DNA of 64,000 nt from Nanobdellota archaeon. GTDB lineage: Archaea > Nanobdellota > Nanobdellia > Woesearchaeales > ARS49. Location: positions 2,692 through 66,691 of the forward strand of contig JBFYLW010000003.1 in the NCBI GenBank assembly GCA_041305185.1. The letters run 5' to 3'. This document shows, one piece after another, positions 28,398 to 37,556 of the stretch. A program made the translations under genes and the position numbers. Position 1 is the stretch's first letter. Each line of letters begins with the position of its first letter. The notes below the pieces were generated by a model, which saw only the letters and a list, made by a program, of their open reading frames with translations, searched no databases and was not told the origin of the DNA.

Positions 28398-29563
28398 GCT
28401 ATGGAATGAGTTTCGGGTTTAGTCAGGAGCAGCGTTTGGATCATAAGATGAGCTTGCGTCAGGAGCACAGTGTTGATTATCCGAAAGTTATTGAGAGTAT
28501 TCGCAGCCATTTTAGCAGTACTGAGGATTTTCCTACTGATGTTTCGCGTTTGAAGCAATTGTTGAGGACGATTCCTCAGCGTCAGAATGGCAGGCTTGCT
28601 TATGTTATTGGTGGTGGTTGGGCTGTTGAGGTTTTGACTGGCAAAGCGCGTGAGCACGGCAACATTAACGTTCTTGTTGTTGATCCTAAAAGGACTACTT
28701 TGGAAAGCAACCGTTGTTTGGACTATCTTGGCGTTCAGTATTTGGATAAGGCTTTGGCAGATGCTTTGGTAAAGAGGGACGTGATTAAGGGGAATTGGAC
28801 TCGTGGTGAGTGTGATGTTTACGTTCCCAGCCACGAGTTTATGGTTGGCACGAAATTGCTGCCGAGAAATGTTGATGAAGGCAATCGTGACAAGGATATC
28901 GCTGACCTTGTTGAACTGCTTATCGTGCACGCTCCTGATGTTAAGAAGCTGGCTCGTGTGCTGGATTCTTTGCCTTATGTTAATGATGGCGATACTGTTG
29001 CGCGGATTGGTTACAGGATTTCTGGCTCTTTGAAGCCGGGCATTTCTTTGACAGATGATGGTTTTAGGGTGAACAAGCGTCCTAAAAGAAGCGTTGAGAG
29101 AAAGGCAGCGTACGCTCTTCGTTTGCTGAATGATGTTTTGCGTGAACAGCTTTGTGTTTATGATGAAAAGTGGAAAATGGCACAAGCAGGAAGAGTTCTG
29201 GAGGCACAACTTTCGATGAATGAATATGATGGTCTGAAAAAATATCACGAAAGGGAGGGTTCTGCTGAAAATTTCTTTAAGTGGCTCTCGGATAATCGTG
29301 AAAAGCTGGTTAATCCGCACAATAAGATTTACTACCCGAGGCACCCCGACAAAAAACCCATTTTTATGAATAAGACAGATTATGTTTCTGCTTTGGCAGA
29401 CGGGATTATTGACCGGGACGCTTTTGATGTTATGATGGAAGATGCTGAAAAGCATCCGCCTTATTCAGCTTACTCTGTCAGGTCTGTTTCAGAGGGCGGG
29501 AGTTATGCCTTGCTTGTCTGGAATCCTAAGGGTAAGCTGATTTACGAGAATTGGAAGAAGTAA
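28394..29563 (+). CDS. nucleotidyltransferase-fold protein, AbiEii-like (possibly catalytically degenerate)
   Basis: 'VIGGGWAVEVLTGKAREHGNINVLVV' resembles AbiEii/minimal NTase 'GGTAL...R.S.DIDl' but with NIN in place of DxD; later 'NRDKDIADLVELL' resembles AbiEii C-terminal motif. Confidence 0.35.
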   Translation: MSYGMSFGFSQEQRLDHKMSLRQEHSVDYPKVIESIRSHFSSTEDFPTDVSRLKQLLRTIPQRQNGRLAYVIGGGWAVEVLTGKAREHGNINVLVVDPKRTTLESNRCLDYLGVQYLDKALADALVKRDVIKGNWTRGECDVYVPSHEFMVGTKLLPRNVDEGNRDKDIADLVELLIVHAPDVKKLARVLDSLPYVNDGDTVARIGYRISGSLKPGISLTDDGFRVNKRPKRSVERKAAYALRLLNDVLREQLCVYDEKWKMAQAGRVLEAQLSMNEYDGLKKYHEREGSAENFFKWLSDNREKLVNPHNKIYYPRHPDKKPIFMNKTDYVSALADGIIDRDAFDVMMEDAEKHPPYSAYSVRSVSEGGSYALLVWNPKGKLIYENWKK

Positions 29564-29602
29564 GTATATACTTTCAAAAAATTTATATACTGTCTGTGTT
29601 AT

Positions 29603-30550
29603 ATGAAGGATATGAAGCGTAAAGTCATAAAACTCGGCAGTTCTACCTTAGTTACCTCTTTGCCTTCCAAGTGGACTAATATGCTTGGTGTTAAGGCTGG
29701 TGATGAGCTTGAGGTTACTGAGCGCCAGAAAGACCTCGTTATCAGCACTCAGAAGAAGTCTTCTAAGTTTCTTAAGACTCTTGATTTGAAAAAACTGAAC
29801 ACCAAGCTTTCTTTTGGTTATGTTGAGGCTGCGTATGTTTCTGGTGTTGATGAGCTTGAGCTTTTGCATGGTCCTTTTATCGTTCACTACAAGACCGGTC
29901 AGAAATTGAAAACTTCTGAGGTTCTTCAGAGCATGCTTTCTCCTTTGATTGGTTTTCAGATTATTGAGCAGTCTGAGGACAGGACTGTTGTGAAGGATAT
30001 TGGTCAGGTTTCTGATGAGGAGATGGATAATGTTCTCAGAAGAATGTTTTTGCTTATCAAGTCTATGGGTGAGGAGTGTTTTGAGGCTGTTAAGTCTAAA
30101 AATAAGCAGACTCTTGGGAGTATGCCTGTGCGTTATGATAATATTTACAAGCTTTACATTTATTATTTGAGGATGCTGAACAAGCGTGGTTACAGGGATT
30201 TCAGCAAGACTCCTGTGATGTACGAGTTTATTTCCAAGTTCAAGATGATTATCAGTGTTTACAGGTTTATTGGTGTTGAGGCTGTTTTCCTGAAAAAGCC
30301 TTACAGTCAGAAGGCTTTGAAGATTTTCGAACACGTTTTGAAGTCTTTTGAGAACCTATACAAGGTTTTTTACCAGTTTAATGATGAGAATTGTTTGCAG
30401 ATTACTCTTGACAGGAATGTTTCTATTGATATGATGAATGATTTGAAGAAGAAGTGTTCTGTTGAGGATGCTTTGCTTATCGGCAGGCTTTCAGTCATTA
30501 CAATAACGATTTATCACGCTTTGAAGTGCCGTTTTAACCTTGAGATTTAG
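29603..30550 (+). CDS. AbrB/SpoVT-domain regulator with PhoU-like C-terminal region (archaeal phosphate-uptake-regulator-like)
   Basis: N-terminal swapped-hairpin motif 'VIKLGSSTLVTSLPSKWTNMLGVKAGDELEV'; ~250 aa helical C-terminal part. Confidence 0.5.
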   Translation: MKDMKRKVIKLGSSTLVTSLPSKWTNMLGVKAGDELEVTERQKDLVISTQKKSSKFLKTLDLKKLNTKLSFGYVEAAYVSGVDELELLHGPFIVHYKTGQKLKTSEVLQSMLSPLIGFQIIEQSEDRTVVKDIGQVSDEEMDNVLRRMFLLIKSMGEECFEAVKSKNKQTLGSMPVRYDNIYKLYIYYLRMLNKRGYRDFSKTPVMYEFISKFKMIISVYRFIGVEAVFLKKPYSQKALKIFEHVLKSFENLYKVFYQFNDENCLQITLDRNVSIDMMNDLKKKCSVEDALLIGRLSVITITIYHALKCRFNLEI

Positions 30551-31427
30551 CGTTTATTTTTTCCAGTATCTTTTTGATTTCGCTGAAATTGTCTTTTTTG
30601 CCTGTGTTTGGTATGATGTGTAGGTTTTCTTCTGGTATTGCTGCTCTTATTGCTGGCAGTTCTTTTTCGTCGTAGTTGAATAGTATGATATGAGGTATGC
30701 CGTATTCGTACGCTCCTACTACTTCGTCATAATCGTGTCCTATGAATGCTACTTCTTCTTTTTGGTATCCGTTTTTTTGGAGCACTGTATCAAAGAATTT
30801 TGGTGCTGGTTTTTTGCATTTTACATCTGCATAAGATACTACTTCCTTGACCCCTCTTGTTATTCCCATTCTTGGGAGTGATTCGTATAGTTTTTTCCCT
30901 GGTTTTATTGCGTCTGTGACTATGATAAAATCTACCAGTCCGTCAAGGCTTTCTATTGTTTCTTTGACTCCTGGGAAGAGTTCTCTTTTTCTTTTTGAGT
31001 TTTCAGCGATTATTTCTTCGAATTGTACAAAGTTTTCAAGACCGTATTCCTGAAACAATGCCCTGTATGCGTCTTTTGCCGTGTCAGTGCCTGCATTCGC
31101 CTGGTATAAAACCCCTGGGTTGCGCGTCTGGATTTTGTATTTTTCCATAATTTTCAGCATTTCTTTTTCAGCTTTATCGCCTGCTAATTTTTTGTCAATG
31201 CTGGTTAATTTCAGGTAATCCTGTATTTTTTTGAAGTCTTCCTGGGTTTCCACTGGCAGGTTTTTATACGAAAAATTTATGACGTATTCTTTCATTCTTT
31301 CAAGGTCTTTTGCTATTTTGCCCTTGTTTATGCCTGTTTCTTTGTGTATGTAATTTACACCATAATTCCTGTCTTCATTGTCGTCAAACAGTATGTTTCC
31401 TCCGTCCGATAGTATTGCTTTTATCAT
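30534..31427 (-). CDS. HAD-superfamily hydrolase-like protein (non-canonical motif I)
   Basis: Motif II 'FIIVTDA', motif III 'KCKKPAPKFF', motif IV 'VAFIGHDYDEVVGAYEYG'; motif I 'AILSDGGNIL' deviates from DxDxT. Confidence 0.45.
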   Translation of the reverse strand: MIKAILSDGGNILFDDNEDRNYGVNYIHKETGINKGKIAKDLERMKEYVINFSYKNLPVETQEDFKKIQDYLKLTSIDKKLAGDKAEKEMLKIMEKYKIQTRNPGVLYQANAGTDTAKDAYRALFQEYGLENFVQFEEIIAENSKRKRELFPGVKETIESLDGLVDFIIVTDAIKPGKKLYESLPRMGITRGVKEVVSYADVKCKKPAPKFFDTVLQKNGYQKEEVAFIGHDYDEVVGAYEYGIPHIILFNYDEKELPAIRAAIPEENLHIIPNTGKKDNFSEIKKILEKINAKSQG

Positions 31428-34400
31428 TTTTCGTATTTTTCTGCGAATTCTGTTATTGCATCTGATATTCTTTTTATTTTCTGGTTGAATTCATTCATGT
31501 TGATGCTTGATACGCCTGTGGCTTCCATTATCTGGACTGGTTCTCTGGTTCTTTCAAGATATTTTTCGTTTATTTCTTGTATTTTTTCAATATCTTTGCA
31601 GTCTTTGAGCTCTTCACTTCTTTCCAGCATGATTCTGTCGTATTGTATGTTTGCTTCAAAGTAAATTGCTGCCTTTTTTATTGTCGGCAAAAATTCTCTG
31701 ATTGCTGTTGTTTCTATCGGGTATTCCTGCTGGAACAGCATATTTTTGGAGTATTTTTCAAAGGTTTGGTATGTGAAATTCAGCAATTCGTATCTTTCTT
31801 GTATTTGTCCTGCTTGATTTTTTATTGATTTATCAAGTGCTTTATCAAGTGACTCGCTTAATTGAAGAGAGAGATCTTCGATTTCTCCAACGGTTGATTC
31901 TAACAGGCCTATTGTTTCTTCCATTACTTTTAAGTTTTGATTTTCGCGTATCAAAAAGTTCTTTCCTTTTCTTTCTGTGTCATAACTGCGCAGCGTGCTG
32001 AGTGCGCTTATGGCGCGCTGGCTGAGGTTTTTTCTTGCGAAGTAGTGCCATGCTGTTTCTGCAAGGGTTCCAGTGTCGCTTAGGTAGTATTTGTACTTGA
32101 AGAAATTTCTTGAGTCTGTGCTTATTACTTCTTTTTTTGTTCCGAACACTGAATCTAAATCTGCGAGTGAGTCTGCGCATATCATTGCTTTTTCTACTTC
32201 ATCTTCTCCGTTTGTCATGGCTGCTATTGCTGTTGCCAAATCTTTGTGCTTGTCAAGCATGCTTGCTGCATAGCTTGCAAGGTATCCGACAAAGAATTCA
32301 TCTTGTTTAAGCAGTTTTGTGTCGTGTCCTAGTGAGCTTACGTAATTGCGCAGGTTATCATGCAATTTGCTTTTGAACAGGCTTGTGAATATTAGTGTGT
32401 CGAGTGTTCCTGCTGGTAGTGCTTTTATTTTTTCATATTTTACCACTAAACTATTGTTGTGTGTTTCAATTGCCTGTTGGAGCAGCATTGTGGTTATTGG
32501 ATCTGCGCTGTATGTTTTGAAGAAGCTTAGCAAATCTTCTGGCGTTTGTATTTTTGCCTTTGCCATGCTTTTTAATATTTCGTCTTTTTTTCCGAAAAAT
32601 TCTATTTCAAATTGTCTTGCTTCTTCGAGGTGTATGATTGTTTGGGGTGAGAAAATTCCTGCTCTTAGATTGTCTTGCAGGCGTTTCATGTTTTCCTCTA
32701 TCATTATCTGAAGAGCTGGGTGTGCGCAGTTTGTGCCTAGAAGTCTTATGTACTCTTTTGTTATTTTCTCTCTTTGTTCTAATGGAAGTATGTTTTCTGT
32801 AAGCAGGTTTTTGTGCGGGTTTTCTATTTTTGCCAATTGTTCATCTATGCTTTTGTATATTCCGTCTCTTCTCTGTTCGTAATTTTCAATTATTTTTTCT
32901 GCTTCTTTGCTGTCAGGGTCTTCTGAATTCCATGACATTCGATAGGTGTCTCCTTTTGTTTTCACTATTTGTTCTATCTCTTCTGGTCTGCTGATGAGTA
33001 CTTCTTTGAGTTCATCGTGGTTGAGATTCTTTTCTTTTGCTAATATGTGGTCGGTTGCCTGCCATTTATTTATTAATGGAAATCCGTAGTTAGTGGTTAG
33101 ATAGCCAAGTAATGCAGTTCCGAAAGTGACTGCTGTTAATGCTGCTATGCCTATTCTTTCCCATCTTTTCCGTACTCTTTTGTTTGCTGCCTGGTTGAAT
33201 AGGAATGCTCTTTCGTTTTGTTCTTCTTCTTTGTTTTCGTCATTGGCTCTTAGTTCTCCTATGAGCAGGTCCGGGTGTACTGTTTTTTCATAGTTTGCTC
33301 TTGTTTCCTTGTCCCACCTGTTGAGTCTGTTTTGTTTTCCGAATTCTTCCATTCTTTCTTCAAGTTTTGTTTCGCCCATTTCGTTTAATGTGTCAAGGGC
33401 TCTTGTGTAGACAAGGTCTTTCAGATTGTTGTAGAAGTCTGATAAGCGTGTATCTTTGCAGCTTTTTGCTCCTGCTGCTGCTATTGCGGTGAATCTTAAG
33501 TTTTCAAGTGCGTCTGTTATCAGGTACTTTCTTGTGAATCCTTCAAGGGAGTCTGTGTATTTTTGTGTGTCTTCTCCTTGTGAATGGTTCTGTATTGCTT
33601 CGTGCAGTTTTTTGACTGAAACATCTCTTGCGTCTTTTGCGTTTACGCAGTTGTGCTCGTAGACTGACATGTTTAGTCTGTATAGGTCTTTTTGGATTGC
33701 TCCTATTGATGCATCATCCCAGTCTATGATTTTTGGCGTGGATGGTGCTGATTTGATTTTTACGACGTTTTTTCTGTGGAGGTCATTGTGGACTATGCTT
33801 TTCGGCTGTGTGTCAAGTTCTGCTCCTAGTGCTGCGAACCTTTCTACAAGATCTTCAAATCCTTCTTTGTGCTTCCAGGCATCTTCTGTTTCGTCTTTGT
33901 TTTTTGTTTTTGCGTCAAAGAATTTTTGTTTGAAATAATTGGTGTAATTATCTTCTTTCAAAAGTGCTTTTATTTTTTCGTCTGGTTTTATTGTGGAGTA
34001 TCCTCCCATTAAATCTATTATTCCTGCTTTTTGGGGTATTGCCATAGCTCCTTTTTCGTCTAGTGCGACGTCTAGCAGTTCTGTGCATCTGAATGCTTCG
34101 TCTTTTGCTATTCTTTCGAATATGTAGCCTGCTGGTGCTCCTGAGAATTGGTGCGCTTTCAGGAAGTCTTCGACTGCTGAGCCTTTTTCGAGCTTGTCTG
34201 AGTTTTTGTTCAGGAATTTTCCGAATGCGTTCAGCGTGTAGCCGTTATCGAATCTGGCTGTGAGTATCATGCTGAGCCCGTCGCTTACGTTCGCGTTGTA
34301 TTCTTCTTCTATTTTGAATCTGTCATTTTCTATAAGTGTGCTTAGTTCTTTTGCCTTTTCTAGGGGGACCTCTGTAGGGCTTGTTGTTCGTACTTTCTGC

Positions 34401-34489
34401 AATAGTCCTTTTTTTAGAAAATCGTCTATAAACTTATTGTATCTTCTCCTTCCAAGGTTCTTCCTTAATGAAACTATCTTCTGCATCAT
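31424..34489 (-). CDS. 1021-aa protein with N-terminal aminoglycoside-phosphotransferase/protein-kinase-like domain, one TM helix and long helical C-terminal region
   Basis: Catalytic loop 'IVHNDLHRKNVV' (HxDxxxxN) and 'IIDWDDASIG' (DFG-equivalent); TM 'IGIAALTAVTFGTALLGYL'. Confidence 0.5.
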   Translation of the reverse strand: MMQKIVSLRKNLGRRRYNKFIDDFLKKGLLQKVRTTSPTEVPLEKAKELSTLIENDRFKIEEEYNANVSDGLSMILTARFDNGYTLNAFGKFLNKNSDKLEKGSAVEDFLKAHQFSGAPAGYIFERIAKDEAFRCTELLDVALDEKGAMAIPQKAGIIDLMGGYSTIKPDEKIKALLKEDNYTNYFKQKFFDAKTKNKDETEDAWKHKEGFEDLVERFAALGAELDTQPKSIVHNDLHRKNVVKIKSAPSTPKIIDWDDASIGAIQKDLYRLNMSVYEHNCVNAKDARDVSVKKLHEAIQNHSQGEDTQKYTDSLEGFTRKYLITDALENLRFTAIAAAGAKSCKDTRLSDFYNNLKDLVYTRALDTLNEMGETKLEERMEEFGKQNRLNRWDKETRANYEKTVHPDLLIGELRANDENKEEEQNERAFLFNQAANKRVRKRWERIGIAALTAVTFGTALLGYLTTNYGFPLINKWQATDHILAKEKNLNHDELKEVLISRPEEIEQIVKTKGDTYRMSWNSEDPDSKEAEKIIENYEQRRDGIYKSIDEQLAKIENPHKNLLTENILPLEQREKITKEYIRLLGTNCAHPALQIMIEENMKRLQDNLRAGIFSPQTIIHLEEARQFEIEFFGKKDEILKSMAKAKIQTPEDLLSFFKTYSADPITTMLLQQAIETHNNSLVVKYEKIKALPAGTLDTLIFTSLFKSKLHDNLRNYVSSLGHDTKLLKQDEFFVGYLASYAASMLDKHKDLATAIAAMTNGEDEVEKAMICADSLADLDSVFGTKKEVISTDSRNFFKYKYYLSDTGTLAETAWHYFARKNLSQRAISALSTLRSYDTERKGKNFLIRENQNLKVMEETIGLLESTVGEIEDLSLQLSESLDKALDKSIKNQAGQIQERYELLNFTYQTFEKYSKNMLFQQEYPIETTAIREFLPTIKKAAIYFEANIQYDRIMLERSEELKDCKDIEKIQEINEKYLERTREPVQIMEATGVSSINMNEFNQKIKRISDAITEFAEKYEK

Positions 34490-34675
34490 ATACTTTACAG
34501 CCCCCGCTGTATATCAAATTGACGTATATATAGTATAAGAAGGGGCATTTATAAATCTTTCGCATATTAACTACCATCTAGTGATGAATTTAACCCATAT
34601 TTGCTTGTTTTTTATTTTGCGAATGGCAGTCCGTAAACTTTTACGGTTTAAAACGATACAAATTTAAATTAGTTC

Positions 34676-34858
34676 GTGCTGTATTTGTTTGGCGAGCACG
34701 GTATGGTGAGAAAAATGCAAAAGTTGGAATTAGAACACAAGGATCCTGAGGGTGAACTTAGTGAGTGGGCCAAAAGGCAGCTTGCTATTGCTCGTGCAAC
34801 GCCTGACTCTGAGTATATTCCGCACGAAGAATTGAAGAAGCGAATACTTCAGAAATGA
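34676..34858 (+). CDS. putative antitoxin of RelE/ParE pair (true start probably MVRKMQK or MQK)
   Basis: Small acidic/basic ORF overlapping toxin start by ATGA. Confidence 0.45.
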   Translation: MLYLFGEHGMVRKMQKLELEHKDPEGELSEWAKRQLAIARATPDSEYIPHEELKKRILQK

Positions 34859-35100
34859 ATTTTGTCGTGCGATGGCATCCTTGTGCTAATAAGCTGTTAA
34901 ATTCTCTTCCAGGGAATATTAGCACTCGGATAATGAAGAAATTGGACTTGATAGCACTCGAACCCTTCAGATATGTTGAATCTTTTGTTGGAGATTATTA
35001 TAAGATTCGAATTGGCGAATACAGATTATTATGTGATATTGATACTGAAAAAAGAGTTATTAGTGTTCAAATTTTTGATAAGCGCGAGCGAATCTATTAA
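34855..35100 (+). CDS. RelE/ParE-family toxin
   Basis: '...FVGDYYKIRIGEYRLLCDIDTEKRVISVQIFDKRERIY' matches ParE/RelE C-terminal consensus (YRLRVGDYRIIYxIDxxxxVIxVLxIxHRxxIY). Confidence 0.7.
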   Translation: MNFVVRWHPCANKLLNSLPGNISTRIMKKLDLIALEPFRYVESFVGDYYKIRIGEYRLLCDIDTEKRVISVQIFDKRERIY

Positions 35101-35123
35101 ACGCCATTAAAAAGAATAAAAAA

Positions 35124-35708
35124 TTATTTAGGGGGTAAAATTGCCTTTTCGAGGTCTCCAATAAATTCTATGACGTGCCCTGGAGCGCCTCTTGTTTTGG
35201 TCTTGAACTCGTAATTAAGTCCTGCGGCGGGGATGGGCGTGCATATTTCTGTCGTTGAATTTTCTGGAATCCAAATGTGGTGTATTGCATATTCAGTTGC
35301 GCGTCCTTTCTTTACAAAGTCACTCCATTCCGCGACCAGATGATTCATGGTGGCTCTGTCAGCGCTGTAACGATTGCCTTCATTTGTAAGTTTTGTTTTC
35401 ATTTCTCTTGCTATGGTGCCCCATAATCGTGAATCTTGAGTTTCTCCTATGCAGAATCTTTCGCAAGGGAATCTTGTTTCACTTATTTCTGATAGTATTT
35501 TCCAGGCTTCTGAAAGGGGCATTATAGCTCTTACGTCCATTGTTCTTGTTCCTTCCAGCATGTCTGCGTGGTTTAAGTGTGGAACAGGGTCGTCAAAGCG
35601 AAATGTGTATACTCTGCCATTTAACGGCACTTGAATAGTTCTTGACTCGTATCCTATTCTGCAGGTTGCATCTAAATGTCTTTTGTATATGTCTTGTAGC
35701 ACGCTCAT
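35124..35708 (-). CDS. hypothetical protein in locally higher-GC segment
   Basis: 194-aa ORF; visibly more G+C than neighbours; no motif. Confidence 0.3.
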   Translation of the reverse strand: MSVLQDIYKRHLDATCRIGYESRTIQVPLNGRVYTFRFDDPVPHLNHADMLEGTRTMDVRAIMPLSEAWKILSEISETRFPCERFCIGETQDSRLWGTIAREMKTKLTNEGNRYSADRATMNHLVAEWSDFVKKGRATEYAIHHIWIPENSTTEICTPIPAAGLNYEFKTKTRGAPGHVIEFIGDLEKAILPPK

Positions 35709-35780
35709 TTTTCATCCCCTCCAATAAGAAAAAGCTGAACTAGCGGTGTTATTAACGATTTCTAGTATTTATTCTATATT

Positions 35781-36923
35781 TTACACGAACGCTATTACTA
35801 TGTTTGTGACGAGTATCCCTAGTAGTATGAAGCTTACTGATTTCCATATTGTATTGGCGTGTTTTCTGTGTGTTACTTTTTCCAGTACTGTTAGCAGCAT
35901 TCTGCCTCCGTCTATTGGTCCTAGTGGCAATAAATTGAACAGTCCTACTCCTAAGCTTAGTAAGTAAAGCCAGAATACCAGGTCTTTTATCCATAGCATT
36001 GTGTATGTTGCCCAGGTTGGTGCTTTAAGAGGGTTTTCTACATACACTCCGAGCCAGGCTTTTTGGTTGCTTGGGTTTTCTCCGAGTGTTATGTCTCTTA
36101 CTGCCTGTGTTGTTACTACGTTTAGCGTGTCGCCTGGTTTGGTGTCTTTCAAAGCGTTTGAGAAGTCTATTTGTTCTGTTATTGCGTGTCCGTTTATTGC
36201 TGTTATTTTCTCTCCTATTTCTATTCCTGCTTGTTCTGCTGGCGGGTTTCCGTTCATGATTTCTGTTACAACCACTCCGTCTTTTGAGTAGAATGTGTCT
36301 GTGATGGGTGTTATGATTGTGAACATCAGCAGCATTAGCACTAGTCCCATTACTATGTTTGATACTGGTCCTGCGGCGAATACTGCTAGTTGTTGTTTTC
36401 TTTTTGCCTTGACCAGTTTTTTCTCGTCTGGTTCGACGAATGCTCCTGGTATTAGTGGTATTAATGCTCCCAGTACTACCAGTCCTGAGTTTTTTAATGG
36501 CAGTCCGTAGACTCTTGCCATTACGCCGTGCATTCCTTCGTGGACGATTAGTATTGCGAATATGCTTATTATCCAGTAGAAGAATGGTACGTAGAATATT
36601 CCTTTTGCTTTGAAGGGTAGTACGATTCCTACTGCTGGCGCGTTTGTCTGCGTCAAAACCATTATGAGGCTTCTTGCCAAATCAAATGTGACTAGTGCCA
36701 TTCCTACAAATCCTAGTCCTATTATCCAGGGTGCTGCTTTTTCAAAGAAGTGCTTGTGCCTTTTGGCTATTCTGTCCATGGTGGTTAGTCCTGCTTTTGT
36801 CCTGTACAGCGCTGCGTAGAATATGCTGAATCTTTGGAATGCGAGTTTTTTCCTGTTGGCAAGAACTATTAATGTCAAAATGACCACGAGAGAAATGGTT
36901 GCTGCTGTGTCAAATGAAACCAT
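35781..36923 (-). CDS. site-2 protease (M50 family, RseP-like) with PDZ domain
   Basis: HExxH 'ILIVHEGMHGVMARVYG', PDZ 'AGIEIGEKITAINGHAI', second metal-ligand region 'LNLLPLGPIDGGRML'. Confidence 0.75.
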   Translation of the reverse strand: MVSFDTAATISLVVILTLIVLANRKKLAFQRFSIFYAALYRTKAGLTTMDRIAKRHKHFFEKAAPWIIGLGFVGMALVTFDLARSLIMVLTQTNAPAVGIVLPFKAKGIFYVPFFYWIISIFAILIVHEGMHGVMARVYGLPLKNSGLVVLGALIPLIPGAFVEPDEKKLVKAKRKQQLAVFAAGPVSNIVMGLVLMLLMFTIITPITDTFYSKDGVVVTEIMNGNPPAEQAGIEIGEKITAINGHAITEQIDFSNALKDTKPGDTLNVVTTQAVRDITLGENPSNQKAWLGVYVENPLKAPTWATYTMLWIKDLVFWLYLLSLGVGLFNLLPLGPIDGGRMLLTVLEKVTHRKHANTIWKSVSFILLGILVTNIVIAFV

Positions 36924-36955
36924 TTTTCTTATTTTCTTGTGCGTGTTAATAAAAG

Positions 36956-37546
36956 TTGTGTTTTATTGAGGGGAAAACTTTATTATTATCCTGTTTTAGC
37001 TTTGGTTTTATGTTGAGTGAAGCTGATTTGATGTGTTTGCATGATGTTCTTCAGCATATTTTTAACTCCGGGGTGCGTTCTGGCTTGTCTTCTGTTGATC
37101 TTGTCGCGCTTTGCTGGGCTGCTTCTGAAGGAAAGGGCGGTTTTAATTTTGATTCTGATGTTCATAAACAGGTGGAAGAGGTGTTTGACCGCAAGCCTGA
37201 ATATCTTAAGTTGTATGAGTCTCTTCACGCGGTAAATCCTGAGTTTTCCATGGATGAGTTCAAGCGTCAGCTGGCTACGCGTGTTGGTCATTTTCAGATT
37301 TTGTATGGCTCTGCTGTTCAGGCTGGTTATGATGGTTGTATTGAACGGCTGTCATTTCTTGGGGAAAATTTTAAGTGGACTGTTGCTTATTTGCAGAGCA
37401 GGGGTGTTGATGGGAATACTTCTTTGGATAAGATGATGAGAATATTTTTTGCAGGCTCTCCTGATGCTGTTCCTGCTTCTGTGTATTCTGAGCGTATTTA
37501 TAAGTTTCAGAAGGCTTTGACGTATAATCCTGAAAAAAGTGAATAA
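36956..37546 (+). CDS. lytic-transglycosylase (SLT)-like domain protein, no signal peptide
   Basis: 'LCWAASEGKGG' (catalytic-Glu region), 'GHFQILYGSAVQAGY', 'IFFAGSPD' align with SLT ES/GLMQ/AYNAG motifs and with paralog 40193..40657. Confidence 0.45.
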   Translation: MCFIEGKTLLLSCFSFGFMLSEADLMCLHDVLQHIFNSGVRSGLSSVDLVALCWAASEGKGGFNFDSDVHKQVEEVFDRKPEYLKLYESLHAVNPEFSMDEFKRQLATRVGHFQILYGSAVQAGYDGCIERLSFLGENFKWTVAYLQSRGVDGNTSLDKMMRIFFAGSPDAVPASVYSERIYKFQKALTYNPEKSE

Positions 37547-37556
37547 AAAGAAAAAA

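Noticed and set aside
28286-29455. 389-aa minus-strand ORF antisense to the NTase-like gene
   Set aside because: Translation is N/I/Q-rich low complexity without start context; the sense-strand gene is ATGA-coupled into an operon, so the antisense frame is a shadow ORF.
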